A DNA stretch of 64,000 bases, taken from contig NMRA01000497.1 in the NCBI GenBank assembly GCA_002633005.1, positions 146,883 through 210,882 on the forward strand. Reading direction: 5' to 3'. The position numbers and the translations under genes were made by a program. This document shows positions 12,001 to 24,562 of the stretch, piece after piece (positions within the stretch are counted from its first letter, which is position 1; each line of letters starts with the position of its first letter). The stretch is from Phoronis australis (Eukaryota > Animalia > Phoronida). Under the pieces are notes generated by a model that was not told the origin of the DNA, ran no database searches, and worked only from the letters and a program-made list of their open reading frames with translations.

Positions 12001-15000
12001 AACTTGTTTGATTCTAAAGCCCAACAACAAATTGGGAAGATGACCCCTGCAGCCAACATCTTTCACAACTGTTTAACTTCATTCTGGCATTTAGTGTTGG
12101 AAGGCCAGCTCTCTTTTGTTTGATAATTGCTCTAATCTCCAATAAGATCCTATCTACCCTGACTGGGCTGTGCTGTTAAAAATAAGTTAAGTTATAAGAT
12201 ATTTGAACATAAGCCAATAGCTATTCCGAATTCCTTGTCAAAGTTTTTGAATCCCCAAAATTGCCCAACTACAACCAAAGTTATGACAATCTATTCTTTC
12301 CGAACGCTCTAGGTTTGACTGTGTTCACATGTGCTATGTAATAAGCCTGGTAGATAATTGGCCTGCCTGTTGTCATACCAAACAAAAGACTGTGCTTGAC
12401 ATTTAACAAAGGAGCTAGATGTTATCACACGATCACAACCCTCCACGTCTGGTAAAGTCACTGAACGGGAGAATGCCGTCATGACATGTTTTTGGCTGAC
12501 TTGTCAAGGAGCCATCTGGTGACTGAATCCCTTGCAGGATCTTGAAGCCTAACTTCCCTGGAATTTTGATTCTTTAGATGTATTAGGCTAACCAGATAGT
12601 CCTAGCAAAGACTTAGTAAAATAAGAAAATGCAAGTTCAATCACACAAATGTAAGCTCGTGAAATGATAAGTGAAGCTGCCTTTTCATGCCATGTTGTAT
12701 CACTGCGAGATCCCAGCACAAACAACAAAAGGTTGTATTGAATAGGGGTCTGAATAGAACACCATTGCGTGGGGGTGTTATTTGCGGCTGTTTGAATTAA
12801 AAGGTGATTCTCGTGGTGACGTAGACAAAAGCGAGCTAATACGACTAACAGTTTGTTACATTTGGCAATTTATGGCACTAGTGGGCTAAAAGTGATGCTC
12901 TTAACACACTTTAGGAACCAAATTTACATGTTACCATTGAAGATAGGCTTTAACTGTGAAATTTGACAACCAAGTGTATTCCGATGGCAGTAACAACAGG
13001 TGATGACTTCTTCGGCAGATCTGACTAACACTCTGCCTCCTAGTGACAGTTTTTTTTTTACGTTATCTTCGGAGGTCCTGGACGTATTTGCATGAAGTTT
13101 GGCAAATAAGTTTTTAGGCGGAAGATGGTGACATCTTCATGAGGGACCTAGCACTGTTGAAAATTTGAAACCAAAACCCAATTAACGTTAATTGGCAACT
13201 GAAGGGCAAGTTTCAGTTACCTCATTCCTTGCCAATACAGCAGATATACAGCTGGCTGGGCTGCCAACAATCAATGTACCCATAGTTTTATGACATAGTG
13301 AGGTGTAATAAAGGATTACCATACATTAGTTGACCAAGCTGCCCAAGCAGCAAGGGTGAATTCAATATGCTATTGTGTTTGCATTAGTGAACTCCACAGT
13401 TCGAATAATTATCATCCCCAGGTAAATTTTTACCTGTACTGGGTTCCTCATGTTCCCATTGTGGATAGGTTCAACATATTCTGTGCCACCTAGTGGGCAT
13501 ACCGTTTGCTACTCTGGTTATTAATCTTGTTACTGAAGGATTGATCAATCCCCATGAATTCACCTGGTCCCTAATTTTTATTACTATACTCTGTAGGTTC
13601 CCACATTGCTGTCCGGGTCCAGCATTGTACTGGCTGTACAACGGGACAATGCTGTGATGTCATTTGACACTCTGCTCGGAGGGTGAGTATTCTGTCTTCA
13701 TTGTAATACTTCAAATGTTTTGGCCCACAGTACAATAAAATTTTCAGTTATCAAGTGACACTAACAAGGACTCTCTTGATTTGAATGATTTATGCACAAA
13801 TTTGTCATTAAGTTTTAGACTTCCTGTTGCGTAGTACTTCCTGTTCAAAATTTGACGCTAGTTCAGTATTGGTCTGCTGTTTAAAGATTTGGGATCTGGG
13901 AATGCGTTTAGACAGTAAGGGTAGTATGTTACGCGTTGAACAAGATCCCAGCACCTAGAAAAATGGCCACCACCTCTGAAAGCAAATGGACGGCTAGTCA
14001 AAATTTCTTACCGCACATTATCACAAGCCACTCGCTCTATTGAATACTTTCCAACGATGAGTTGAGGTGGCGATAGTCTGCTTTTGCGAGGGAGACATCA
14101 CGTGGGCGGATGCGATGACTCATCGCCAGTTCACCAACAGCGTGAGCTTTTTTGATAAATTATACATTGTAAGCATTCACAACAGTTCCGTCAACAATAT
14201 TTAATAAGCATGAACTGTTTTTAAACGAGACCAAAAACGCACAAAACCGCTGGATCAGGGGAGGTCTGTTAAAACTTCCGCTGTATTCGAGACTCGTCAA
14301 AATATAATAGAATGCTCGAAGCTAAATTCCCTGCTATTAAATTGTTAATAGAAGCGTGAATAAGCATTACATTTAGTCAGATTTTAATTTTAATTTTAAT
14401 TTTTTAATTTATCAGAAACTACCACTTTGTTGCTGTGCTTTGAAATAAGAAGCATTGTAATTTGAAAAACCATTTGGTTTTTACTTTTTAACAGTCTCCA
14501 GAAACGCTGTCGCACCTTTTTTGGGATTGTTGCTTTGAAAAAGATTCTGGAGAAATTCGGAAAGCTAATTCATAAATGTCGCATTGTTATTCTTGGACTT
14601 CATGAGACGCACGATTTTCTATTTAAATTTTGCTTCTACTAGCCAAACAATACATTTACAAGGAGAGATGTCACAAAAATATACCTTATTTTCACAAGTT
14701 CGTTACATATACTTATGAATACTATAATTCTGAAAAATTAATTGCATGTAAAAACTTTGTAATATAACAGCTTCTCTGCGCAGTGGGAAAATTTCATTGT
14801 TCACTTTAACTCCATTTAGAAGTTGTTTACCTTAAAAAAGATACGAGAATGGTCTTTCCTGAAGTGTGCATGCCTGAATGAATGTTTGTACTTATTTGTT
14901 TATTTTGTCTTTTTCTACTCGTTTATAAATGATAATAAACACCTGAAAAAAACAGTCTCATTGATTGGGTCACGTGACCACATCTACTCGGTAAAATTTA

Positions 15001-16013
15001 GCAAAGAAGAAAAGGTACATTGATAGCAAAAATGGTATTAATGATATTTTATTTGGTATAATTGTTCAAGTGAGATCTCGTTGACCAAAAATTTTAGTTA
15101 CACGTTTCTAAATTATCATTTTATGCAACTTTAGATTTTTTCAGAAAAACCGATGACAGAGGTCTTGTTTTTTGCTACTCTTTCATGCAAAAGCGAAACA
15201 TTTTAAAGACAGTCTCTAACACTACTTTGGAGAATAGTGCACAAAGCTTTAGTGGCTGAAAATTTCTTTCGTAAACCATTTCTGAGATAAGATGTTCCGA
15301 ATTTGGTCAAATTTGGACATTTTTCTACGTAACCTTGATATTGAGTGCACTGCTTAGAGAGTGACATATTGTTTTTTTTTCAGACTATTTCAAGCCGACT
15401 CTGTATATTCTAAGTATGGAGATCAAATACTACGGCCACTTACTGTAAAGCAGGTAATTTTTCTGGTTTTATATCTTGAGAACTTGTTCAGTAGGTATTG
15501 AGCATGTCTGAAACCATTTATTTTACTTAAAATTGGGAATTCTAAGTTTTTTCAAGTTATTTCAGTTGATTGACACTCCCGCCATCTGTTGTAGAACTCA
15601 AAATTTAAATGTGGGAGTGAGCTCTGCTGCCGGTAATTGTCCGTGTTTTGTAAGAGACTGTTTACTGCAGAGGTTATTGCGCAAGATGTTGCAGAACTAA
15701 GCAAGATGAATCACAAAATTTGACTTTGTTTGCAGATCATTGCATAGGCATTCTCACCACTTTGCAAATTTTTGTTTCCAGATATAGGAGGGAAATTATA
15801 GCAGAGACTGTCCAACTATTTTAATTTGTTGAAAGTGGTGTTTGCCGTCTGGATTTTTTGGTATACTGGGTTTGTGCATTTTTTCGCAAAACTGAAACTC
15901 AAGCGAACACAACCGTGACCTACTGTTAATGATTCACATTGCAGGCAAATTCCCATCTGGCGTTTTTCTTCGATCGTCTTTCTCCTCACGCACACGCCCA
16001 TATCAAGATTTGA
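1..16013 (+). CDS. DNAAF8: 3' part of a multi-NDK-like-domain protein (DNAAF8/Daap1-like; NME-family pseudo-kinase). Exons <1-140, 337-610, 879-1074, 1725-1819, 3217-3428, 10693-10783, 13597-13682, 15384-15453, 15945-16013 (TGA)
   Basis: All introns are GT-AG with matching phases, giving an open frame of 1233 nt (410 aa + stop). NDK-fold motifs: NTVLVVKPSAVRKHFARILKRLISEGFVVV, HMTSGDCLVLCVQRENAVKKLVDVVGPDNP, SAVRDRKLFFPE. A second, more degenerate domain follows: HFEIVGGRMVRLTEEQAE..LLSGSSIVLAVQRDNAV..ANSHLAFFF. The symbol is inferred from domain architecture; the 5' end lies outside the window. Confidence 0.8.
1900..3100 (+). repeat. Degenerate tandem-unit interspersed repeat (Helentron-associated/HINE-like) in intron 4
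   Basis: The same GAAATTTGG...GACTACT..GCCCCCTGGTGGC units seen at 4851-6248 occur here (motifs at 2051, 2525, 2653, 3017). Boundaries are approximate. Confidence 0.5.
4851..6248 (+). mobile_element. Non-autonomous Helentron-associated element (HINE/DINE-1-like) with internal ~115-200 bp tandem units
   Basis: 5' hairpin ATGTGCCCA..TGGACGCAT, GTCC-type microsatellite (~4890-4915), repeated units, 3' subterminal GGGCGCAT plus hairpin CAACACTCCGCGTTG, ending CTCTTGT. A related start lies at ~3731 and related ends at ~8750-8785 and ~11980-12010. Confidence 0.6.
6498..8356 (+). mobile_element. P-element-superfamily-like DNA transposon (deleted/degenerate) carrying a THAP domain
   Basis: 31-bp TIRs (6498-6528 / 8326-8356; CAAGGAGTGTA..AGTATAGGAGAGTTCACT, 29/31 identical) and a 7-bp TSD GTCCCGG on both sides. 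Contains an N gap at 7465-8133. Confidence 0.8.
6607..7464 (+). pseudogene. Frameshifted THAP zinc-finger N-terminus of a transposase (exon 6607-6704, exon from 7286)
   Basis: MGTDAFCSAINCMNSSTKTPDVSFCRFPKDPER|GT..AG|CKHW, then frameshifts, then YLSKNCNLCSHHFEESM..AVFDVP. This is the C2CH THAP pattern. Confidence 0.8.
9045..9352. mobile_element. MITE-like imperfect inverted repeat
   Basis: GCTCGAGCTCTCTGTATCTTTGATGGTCATT (~9100) pairs with AATGACCATCAGATGCGGAGAGCTTGAGT (~9272). The outer CAAAATTT..TTGAAC / GTTCAACAAATTTTG also pair. Confidence 0.55.
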
Positions 16014-16515
16014 TGTGTCTGTGTGCCAGCTGTGTGTGGACTCAAATGAAGTTACAAGCTTGGAACAAGATGAAGGTTTAGACTGTGATATGACGGGCAC
16101 GGTGTGTCTTGTTTTGACCTCAATCAATAATAAGTAAAATGTGATATGTAAAGCGTTGTGTCAAATCAAGACGCAAATAAGCGTAAAAGGTCGACTATTG
16201 AAATTGAAACTGTAGTTAGAAATCTCACTTGCCTGCTACTGGTGAATATTATACAAATAGATGGATTTCCTTAGTGAGAATTTGTCTCTTTGACATGAAA
16301 TGTTGTATTGTGTTAATTATGCATTGCTTCGTTTTAACTCCAAATTTTGTTCGAGACATATCACTCATGTTCAGGTGACCCAATTAATGACAGATTAGCA
16401 TAAAAATAACTATAAAATTCTACAGTCTTTATGCTTTCAGGAAATGCATATTTTTCTGAGTTAAAATCAATATTTGGCTAAGTAAGCAGACTCGTTGGTG
16501 AGGTCCTTCATTACT

Positions 16516-16588
16516 AAAAAGGTCTATATTACGTGGTCTCCACTTAGACATTATAAAAAGGTCTATATTACATGGTCTCCACTTAGAC
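16516..16588 (+). repeat. Short tandem duplication (~39-bp period, 2 copies)
   Basis: AAAAAGGTCTATATTAC(G/A)TGGTCTCCACTTAGAC occurs twice. Confidence 0.85.
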
Positions 16589-18494
16589 TGATCAGAATAG
16601 AATGCTCACTGCCATGACCATTTTCAAGTAATGTACAAGACATGAACTTTTGAGAGAGAGGTGTCAATATTTGTTGCTAGGCTCCATGTTTGACAATTCA
16701 ACAGGGGGCAAATTTCAATCTTGGTTAGTTTAAGATGGAGCAAAATGCGTGGCAAATTGCTGAAAGGAGTTTATTTTTATAATTACTTTTTTATGAAGGT
16801 TTTAAGCATACATAGAGTTAATACTAGAATCTGTCTCGCTAAAGGATTTGGGAAGCTGTTTTATTCTAACTCTGATCTGTACCTATGACGAGTTATTTAT
16901 GGAAATTAATAATTTTTTAAAGTTTTTCCTGTGTTTTAATAGCACTTAAGATAAAGAAAGTGATGTACTAACTTCTAGGATTTTTAAAAGAGGATTTGGT
17001 CGAATCAAGGTTTTTTAAAAAGGAGGGTCCAAGTCAACAGTTTGAAAATTTTACATCACTAAAATCAAGGAAAAAGGTCCAGACCCCTTGACACCTCTGG
17101 ATCTGAGTATGCTTCATTTGCAGTTCTGAAACATATTTTATACTCTGAAAGTCATGACATTTAAGAAAATAAGCGGGTGGACTATAGAAATGTCCTCATC
17201 GTGTACATTCTCCATGGGAAGGCGGATAGGAAGAGTGTGCAAGTTTTAATGTAGAGTGGTAATAATATGTCCAGACTTGGTTGTGAATAAACACTATCCG
17301 TGCACTTTGTATGTCTTTCAACAGCAAGTGCGACGTTCTAATTCGCCATAATGGGTTCAAGGCCTTGCATTGTAAAATATTATTTGAATGGTACAATGAA
17401 TTTAGCTATAATTGTTGATGTATGTAGTTAGAATAGACATATAGTAACTAAGGGTTGAATTGGGGAGGGGCTCCTTTCAAAACTGTATTGTATAGAGATT
17501 TTTCTATATTTGCATTTTGTTGTGTTTTTTCTAAGTGAAGGTTAAGTTGCATCAAATTAGAAGTCCGTCCATTTCCACAGGGCGTGTGTGTAGGTGAGTG
17601 AGCTTTGTCTGCTAGGCAATATTCCGTAGGTCTTAAGTTGTGCTGGATATATTGATTTATTTCAGATCTTTTATTGCTTGATGTCACATTTTCTTGTGTT
17701 ATTACTTGTTTTTAATTGCGACTTGCTTTCTGAGATCATATATTTTCAATCAGTGTGAGTGGTAGATGTATAATAGACTAGTAATGACCTGATACGTCTG
17801 TCAAACGATGCTATTCATTTGTGTAATTTGATTGGCAAGTACCGTGGAATTATTGCCTGATGTAACGTCCACGTTGTTTGTGTTACAGGCTGTGCTGTGT
17901 CAGCTTCTAAGATACAGCTGTTGGTGGTACATTCTTCTTCTGTTTGCTTCTCATCTAGTTGTGATTGGTCAGATTCCGCCAGACTGGCCATTCGTTCAGT
18001 GCTTTTTGCTGAAATTTCACTGGTATAGCATCAGGTGTTTAAAAATGTGCAGTCTTCACGCGCAGTGTTGGACGCGCATTTTATTGATCGAAAATGAAGG
18101 TGCCACCGTGACGTACATGAGTTGTTGGTCTTGTGCTTGTCCTGTGCTGTCTAAATGGGTTTATACTTTTAGTCTCCTTGGTTTATTTATCAGTAACAAC
18201 ACCCCACTTGTTATCGTGCTTTCATGGAGCTAACCTTTCTGCCAATTGAGTATTTTTCGTTCTGGTTTGTGCCAGCACCTGGAGCTAATTATAGAAGCTA
18301 TTCGCAAAATTAGTTGGTGTCACGTCATGTTGCGTGGCAACCATAAACTGCCACATCAAACAAGTAACTCTAATCAACATCCAAGTGTATGAGAATCTGA
18401 TCTTACTTTGTCTTGTTTCTGGAGCTGTCGACGCTTAGGTTGCCTTTCCCTCCGTTTAGCTGTCTAAAAAACGAAAATTACATTAAGCTAATTA

Positions 18495-18730
18495 CTGTAC
18501 AATTGTAAAGTCAGTCTTATGGTATTCCTTACTGTGATGGGGGTTCGTTTCTGTTTCCATCGAGGACAGTGAGACCAACAGCCACTCAATGAAGCACTTC
18601 AAGTTTCTTGGGTTTGTCAACACTAAGATTACGAATTCGAAAATGGCTCATGTACATGTATTGACCGAGTTGGTAACAGAAATGAAATCCTGTCACAGTA
18701 AAGAATATCAAGAGGCTGATTTAATGATTG
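18495..18730. mobile_element. MITE-like imperfect inverted repeat
   Basis: TCAGTCTTATGGTATTCCTTACTGTGATGGGGGTTCGTTTCTGTT pairs with AACAGAAATGAAATCCTGTCACAGTAAAGAATATCAAGAGGCTGA. Confidence 0.55.
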
Positions 18731-20604
18731 TGGAAAGCCAAATCGTTTTTTTTTGTGTAACCAACTAAACTGGTGACAATGCAGCTTTAAAGTTCCTTCC
18801 TTTTTTACTGATATCTATTGATTTTGTGATTGTGAAATTCCCTTAAAATTGTCATTGGTTTTTTAGTTGTTTATGTTTTATTCTGCACACGATTGAATCA
18901 CATTCCTAGAATTCAACGTTTATGATCATTATTTTACATTCCCGTTCAAATTTACTTTTTCTTTTCTATGATTTTACCTGTTACCTGTGTATTAACTGTC
19001 ACTGATAATTTCAATGTACCTAGTTTGCGTTTCTCCTGAATGTTTTGAGACATGCTTCATTTCGGTTGCAGTACTGGGATCGAGTTCGTTCTGTTATGGT
19101 CCTCGTGTGGTATTGCAAACTGTTAACCCAACAGATTTTTTGTTTGTTTTGGTTGGCATTGTAAAATAAACAATTAATATTTTGTTATGTGATTCCTCTT
19201 ACTTTTCCCTGCAAAATTTACATCAACAAACGGCGTTCGCCTCCTTCCCTGTCAACTATTATAAAGGTGACGAATTCGGGGTTCCCAATTGCAAAAAAGC
19301 AGGAAGATCTCTTCCTGATAAAAGGCATTCGCTTGTTTAGTATGACGTCATTTTGTTGTTTTGGTCCCAGTCGAATAAAATTAAAGCGCTAAAATTAAAA
19401 AGCACGAATAATAATCATGCCAGATGCACTCGTCGATGCAACCCCCCTGGAGTGCACAGTTGGTGTAACCCATGTTGGGACACACTTATCAATACAAATG
19501 CAGTAATTTTGTAAAAAACTAGTGCTAAATTGCCAAAATTTGACGTGTGACGTCATTCGAGAGAATCCATCTTATCCATGCGGCGGGATAAGATTTGAAG
19601 TTTATACAACCCAGGGGTGTGTTTCATTAAAAGTGACTAAGAATTACCGTTAAACTGAGGTTTGATCTTACGCCCTAAACAACTACTTCTGAAAAGTAAT
19701 TTAATTACACCTGAGCAAAACTGCAAAGTCTAAATTTCTATACATTGTTTTTGGACTGTGATGCGCTCATGATTACTTGGCTAATGTTTTTTTTGGCAAT
19801 TACGAAGTAGGAGCGTAAGAACCACTTTCTGTGGTAAGTCACTTTCATGAGCGGTCCCCAGCAATTGGTATAATCTCGTACTTTACAATGCTTTTAAGTC
19901 TTTGATGACGAGAAATCGAGTCGAAGCGGATGTCGGACGATGTCAGATAAACGATGAAGATATTGAAAGTGACCAGTTGTAAACTCGTTAAAAGGAGTAT
20001 ATGAACTACTTCCTTAAACTTGAATGTAAAACAAGAAATATGAAAAGTTGTTTGTTTAGAATATTCAGGATTTCTCATTGCAAATGTCAGCGCCCCGTCG
20101 GTCGATTATCAAACTTAGGGCTTGGAATTTTCCCCTTTTAAGAGGATTTCCTCTTTTTTGGTTTTGATTTCCTCTTATTTGATTTCCAGTTTCCTCTGTT
20201 TTCATCTCTTTTGTACAGTTATTTTGACTTTGTTCATGCAAAAAACAATTATTTCAGTTAAATTTTACAACGCAAAAATATATTTCTATCACACAAGCCA
20301 ACGAACGATACATCATCTGGAAATTTTTCCTCTTTTGTCAGTATTCATTTCAAGCCCTACAAACGGTATACCTTGGTTTTCAGTCGTGCGAGTGATCAAT
20401 TACATTGACAGTATTTAATTAAGCCTCTACCATTCTAGGCGTTCAACGGCAATTTAAAAGAAAAATAATGAGTCTGCTATTACTACCTATTAGTAAAACT
20501 GCGAGCAACGTGCAATTTGTTGCAGTTTCATTATTATTGCCTTTCACATACGTTAATGAAACTCTCATTTTCCGATACAGCGTGAAAGACGTTTGGTGGC
20601 AATA

Positions 20605-20917
20605 CCGGGGGGTCACTCATATGAACAAGGTGTATGCAGGCGTGTATCAAAAATTGCTGAGAGACCCCCTATCGCGGGTGCCAGGTCTGCTAATTCCTAC
20701 CCTCCTTTCGTGATGCCTATTGCGGTTAGGAAGACGGCCAGTGCGCTTTTTGCGGGGCAGAGGCCAATGTAGTGGGCCTTTCGCGGGAAGAGGCGTGAAT
20801 TTAGGAGCCTGTTGGACCCCGCGCAGGTCCCGCAAAACTTGTTTAAAAAGTACCGCCTATACCGGCAATTTTAGTACACGCCTGGAGGCACCTTGTCAAT
20901 ATGAGTGACCCCCCGGG
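20605..20917. mobile_element. MITE with CCGGGGGGTCACTCATAT TIRs and 8-9 bp TSD
   Basis: TIR CCGGGGGGTCACTCATATGAACAAGGTG / CACCTTGTCAATATGAGTGACCCCCCGG. Flanks read (G)TGGCAATA and (A)TGGCAATA. Confidence 0.8.
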
Positions 20918-21622
20918 ATGGCAATAATGCAGTTGATGGACAGCGTTTCGCGTTCTTTCATGAGGATTTGATATAGAATGAGTGGTATTCCGCACATTTT
21001 CAGATTTTTTTGCCGTCATCGTGTTCTAAAATTTCCAACGTTGTGCGGCCAGATATTCAAACGATTCACACAAAACTTCCAAATTTTCAAAATGTCGGTG
21101 ACAAAAAAAGTTGGAATTTGTCCTCGTCAACTCGACCCAGCTTCACATCATTAACTTGAAACTAGATCAAGCTAAAGATGCTTTCGTGCCCACGCGAACG
21201 CTCGCATGATTTCTATTCATTCTAGCAGAATTTCACAGGCGTTGCACCCATGTGATTCGGACGTAGTCTTTCATAGAGCTACCTGTAGCACTGTCGTAAG
21301 TTGGCTTCTCATTCGTTTAGCAATAAAACCGACGTCATAATATTCAGTTATTCCCATTGGTTGAAATCTGGGAACCCCTTTCAGTTTACAGTACTTTTAG
21401 CGACCACATTTGACTTGAATACTCGCATTTTATTAAAACGGGCAGTGATCGAAATCAAGAGAACCCCGATCCAGTAGCTTAAGCCCAAAGAAGTACAGCG
21501 TATAAAGGCGAGTGCATGTGGTAGCGATATGAACGGTATACTTCCGACCAAGGCGTGGGCACTGATGCCCACACACGGAATTCCGTGTGCCGTTTATCAT
21601 CCACTGAGCCACTTTTCCGTAT

Positions 21623-24562
21623 TAGACTGCAGCCCAAAGCACTCACGTAGATGAACGAGGTACCAACATCTCTCGACAGGAGCACTGAGAGTCCACCTCA
21701 GTATATACAGAAATGAACGTCAGCCGTTGCCTGCACTCTGGGTGTGACCCCTGGGGACATTACAAGGGGGCCAAAAATGACTCAGAGCTAGATAAGATAT
21801 TCGAGGTACCGCCCACAACTGATTTTAAACTTACAATGTTACCGCACTGAACACCGAATGACCCATGGGAGACAAATTACACTCTGTAATGGGTTCGGCA
21901 AAAGCCAAAAAAGACCCCCCCGAAAATGAGCTAGCACATACATTCGAGATACCACAAAAATCAATTCCGTGTGATTCAATACATGTCGCTGATCACTAAT
22001 TGCCAAATGGCAGACAAAATGCACTCTGGTTTGTGTCCCCCAGAACACCCCCCCCCCCCCAAAAAATGTCAACCATGCAAATTTTGAGCTGGTATTCGAA
22101 GTACCAGCTAAAACTGGTTTAAAAAGATCAACAGTACCGCAACGAATACCGAATGATCCATGACTGACAAATTACACTCTGGAAAGAGTCCGCCAGAAAC
22201 GAAAATCGACCCCACTGAACTGAGATAGCTCATACATTCGAGGACCACAAAAAGCAATTCCATGTGGTTCAATTAATGTCACTGATCACTAAATGCCCCA
22301 TGACACACAAAATACACTTTCAGGGGTTGTGCCCGCCAGCAACCCCCAAAAATGTCAACCACGGCACGCCATTGAAAATTTGAACTACATTAGATATTTG
22401 AGGTACCAGCTAAACCTGATTTAAAAAAAACAATAGTACCTTACCGAACACCGAATGACTCATGACAAAGAAATTGCACTATGATAAGGGTCCGGTAGAG
22501 ACCCAAAAAGGACCCCCCAAAAATATATAAGCTCGCTCATACATTCGAGGTACCACAAAAACCAATTCCACGTGATCCAATACATGTCACTGGTCACTAG
22601 TGTCCTATGACAGACAAAATACACTCTGGGCTGTGCCCGTCAGAAATCCCCAAAGATCTCAACCACGCTATGCCCTTGAAAGTTTGAGCTAGATTAGAAT
22701 TTCATTTACGACAAATATAACTTCTTTCCGTAAAACAAAGTAATACGAATGAATTTAACACCCGAAAAGGTCTTGTTGAAAAACTTGAAAGACTCCTGTT
22801 ACGCAGAACGGGACATTTTAAGGACCGTTTGGCAACCTTCCTCCTTCAATAATGGCAGAAAGACTTACGATATGGACCATATTTTGGGAGAAAACACTTG
22901 TTGCCTCACATGCCGGCAACTGTATTCGCCTTTCCTACAGTGGTACCATGGCAGCTGATCATCCACCGAATTCTCAAGGTTCCCATGAAGAAGTCGACGC
23001 GCTTCTTGCCTTCCACTTAGCCAACTCAAATGGTAACACATTGATCAGGGCCTCAGACACGGATGTTAATGTAACTGCTGTGTGGCTGTTTGAAAGCGTT
23101 GTGATGACTTTCTAGTTTATGTTGATTGAAGTAGATTTTTAAAAACACTTCTGTTGCTTTTCTATAAAATCATAGTTTAGTAGTCAATGTAATGAAAGGG
23201 CTCACTTTCATGTTTCCTCGATCTAACACAAATCTCGGGGCCATGTGTTGTCGATGAAATATATCTTTCTTGCTGGCAGTTTCAATAGCTCATTATACAT
23301 GTACTACACTAGCTGCAGTCTTATTCATCTCTTAATGGGTTGGTCTTTTGACAGTTCCTGGTATCCCGAAGTTTTAATGTTATTAGGTATTTTCCAAAAT
23401 GCTTGCATTCCGCCATCATGCAGGCACTCTGTGTAACCTTAGTATTAATTTCAAGCAAAGAGAGACTTCATTAGACGCGAAAGTATTACGGAAATACAAG
23501 AATTCGCCATCAACTGCAAATGAAGCACTTGATCACAACACCTTATTAAAATTCTTAATTCTACAAAACTCTACGAAGATTTATTTTTAACCGGGATCTT
23601 CATTATCTAATTAATGTATCACACATTTTCAACAGAATTACGTGGTTGAGAATGGGTTTTTGTCTGACACAGGTTATTTAGTAACCAGTGACTTCTGTTT
23701 AAATCACATAGAATGGTTGTCCATTGCGGCACGATTGTTGGTTTTAATCAGTCGGTGCCTTGAATATCTAATGCACATGTAGCTTAAACTTTTAATGGCA
23801 TACCGTGGTTGAGATTTTGGAGAATTTCTGGCGGGCACAACCCAAAGTGTATTTTGTCAGTCATAGGGCATTTACATGTAATGACCTGTGACATGTATTG
23901 AATCACATGTAATTGTTTTTTTTTGTGGTACCTCGAATGTATGAGCTAGTTCATTTTAGGGAGGGGGGTCCTTTTTTGGGTTTCTGCCGGACCCTTTCCA
24001 TAGTGCAATTTTTCTGTCATATTCGGTGTTCAGTGCGGTAGTATTGTTCATTTTAAACCAGTTTTAGTAGGTATCTCTAATATCTAATCGAGCTCAAATT
24101 TTCCAAGGTATACCGTGGTTGACATTTTGGGGGGTTTCAGGCGGGCACAACCCAAAGTGCATTTTGTCTGTCATGGGCATTTAGAGATTAATGACATATA
24201 TTGAATCACATAGAATTGTTTTTTTTGTGGTTCCTCGAATGTATGAACTATCTCATTTTTTAGGAGGCGGGGTCCTTCTTGGTTTCTGCCGGACCCATTC
24301 CAGAGTGCAATTTGGCTGTCATGGGTCATTCGGTGTTCAGTGCGGTACTATTGTCCATTTTAAATCAGTTTTGGCGGGTACCTTGAATTTCTAATCTAGC
24401 TCATTTGTTGGCCCCCTTGTAATGTCCCGAGGGTCACACCGGCCCAGAGTGCAGACAACGAGAGTTGTCCATTTTCGTATATCGAGCTGGACTCAAGTGC
24501 ACCTATGGTCAGATGTTGGTGCCTCGTTCATCTAGTATGCTAAGAGCTGGACTGCCGGTCTA
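21623..24562 (+). mobile_element. Academ-like foldback DNA transposon derivative with ~1 kb inverted arms built of ~300-bp tandem units
   Basis: TAG...CTA termini with a 3-bp TSD TAT. Arms ~21623-22700 and ~23640-24562 are reverse complements. The centre holds an XPG/PIN-like nuclease remnant. Confidence 0.7.
22960..23075 (+). pseudogene. XPG/PIN-like nuclease fragment of the transposon ORF
   Basis: SHEEVDALLAFH..TLIRASDTDV matches the HEEAD...H...S.DTDV motif recalled from Academ(X)-type proteins. Confidence 0.6.

Noticed and set aside
13910-15357. Possible old DNA transposon filling intron 7
   Set aside because: The terminal inverted similarity is too weak and there is no coding remnant to support boundaries.
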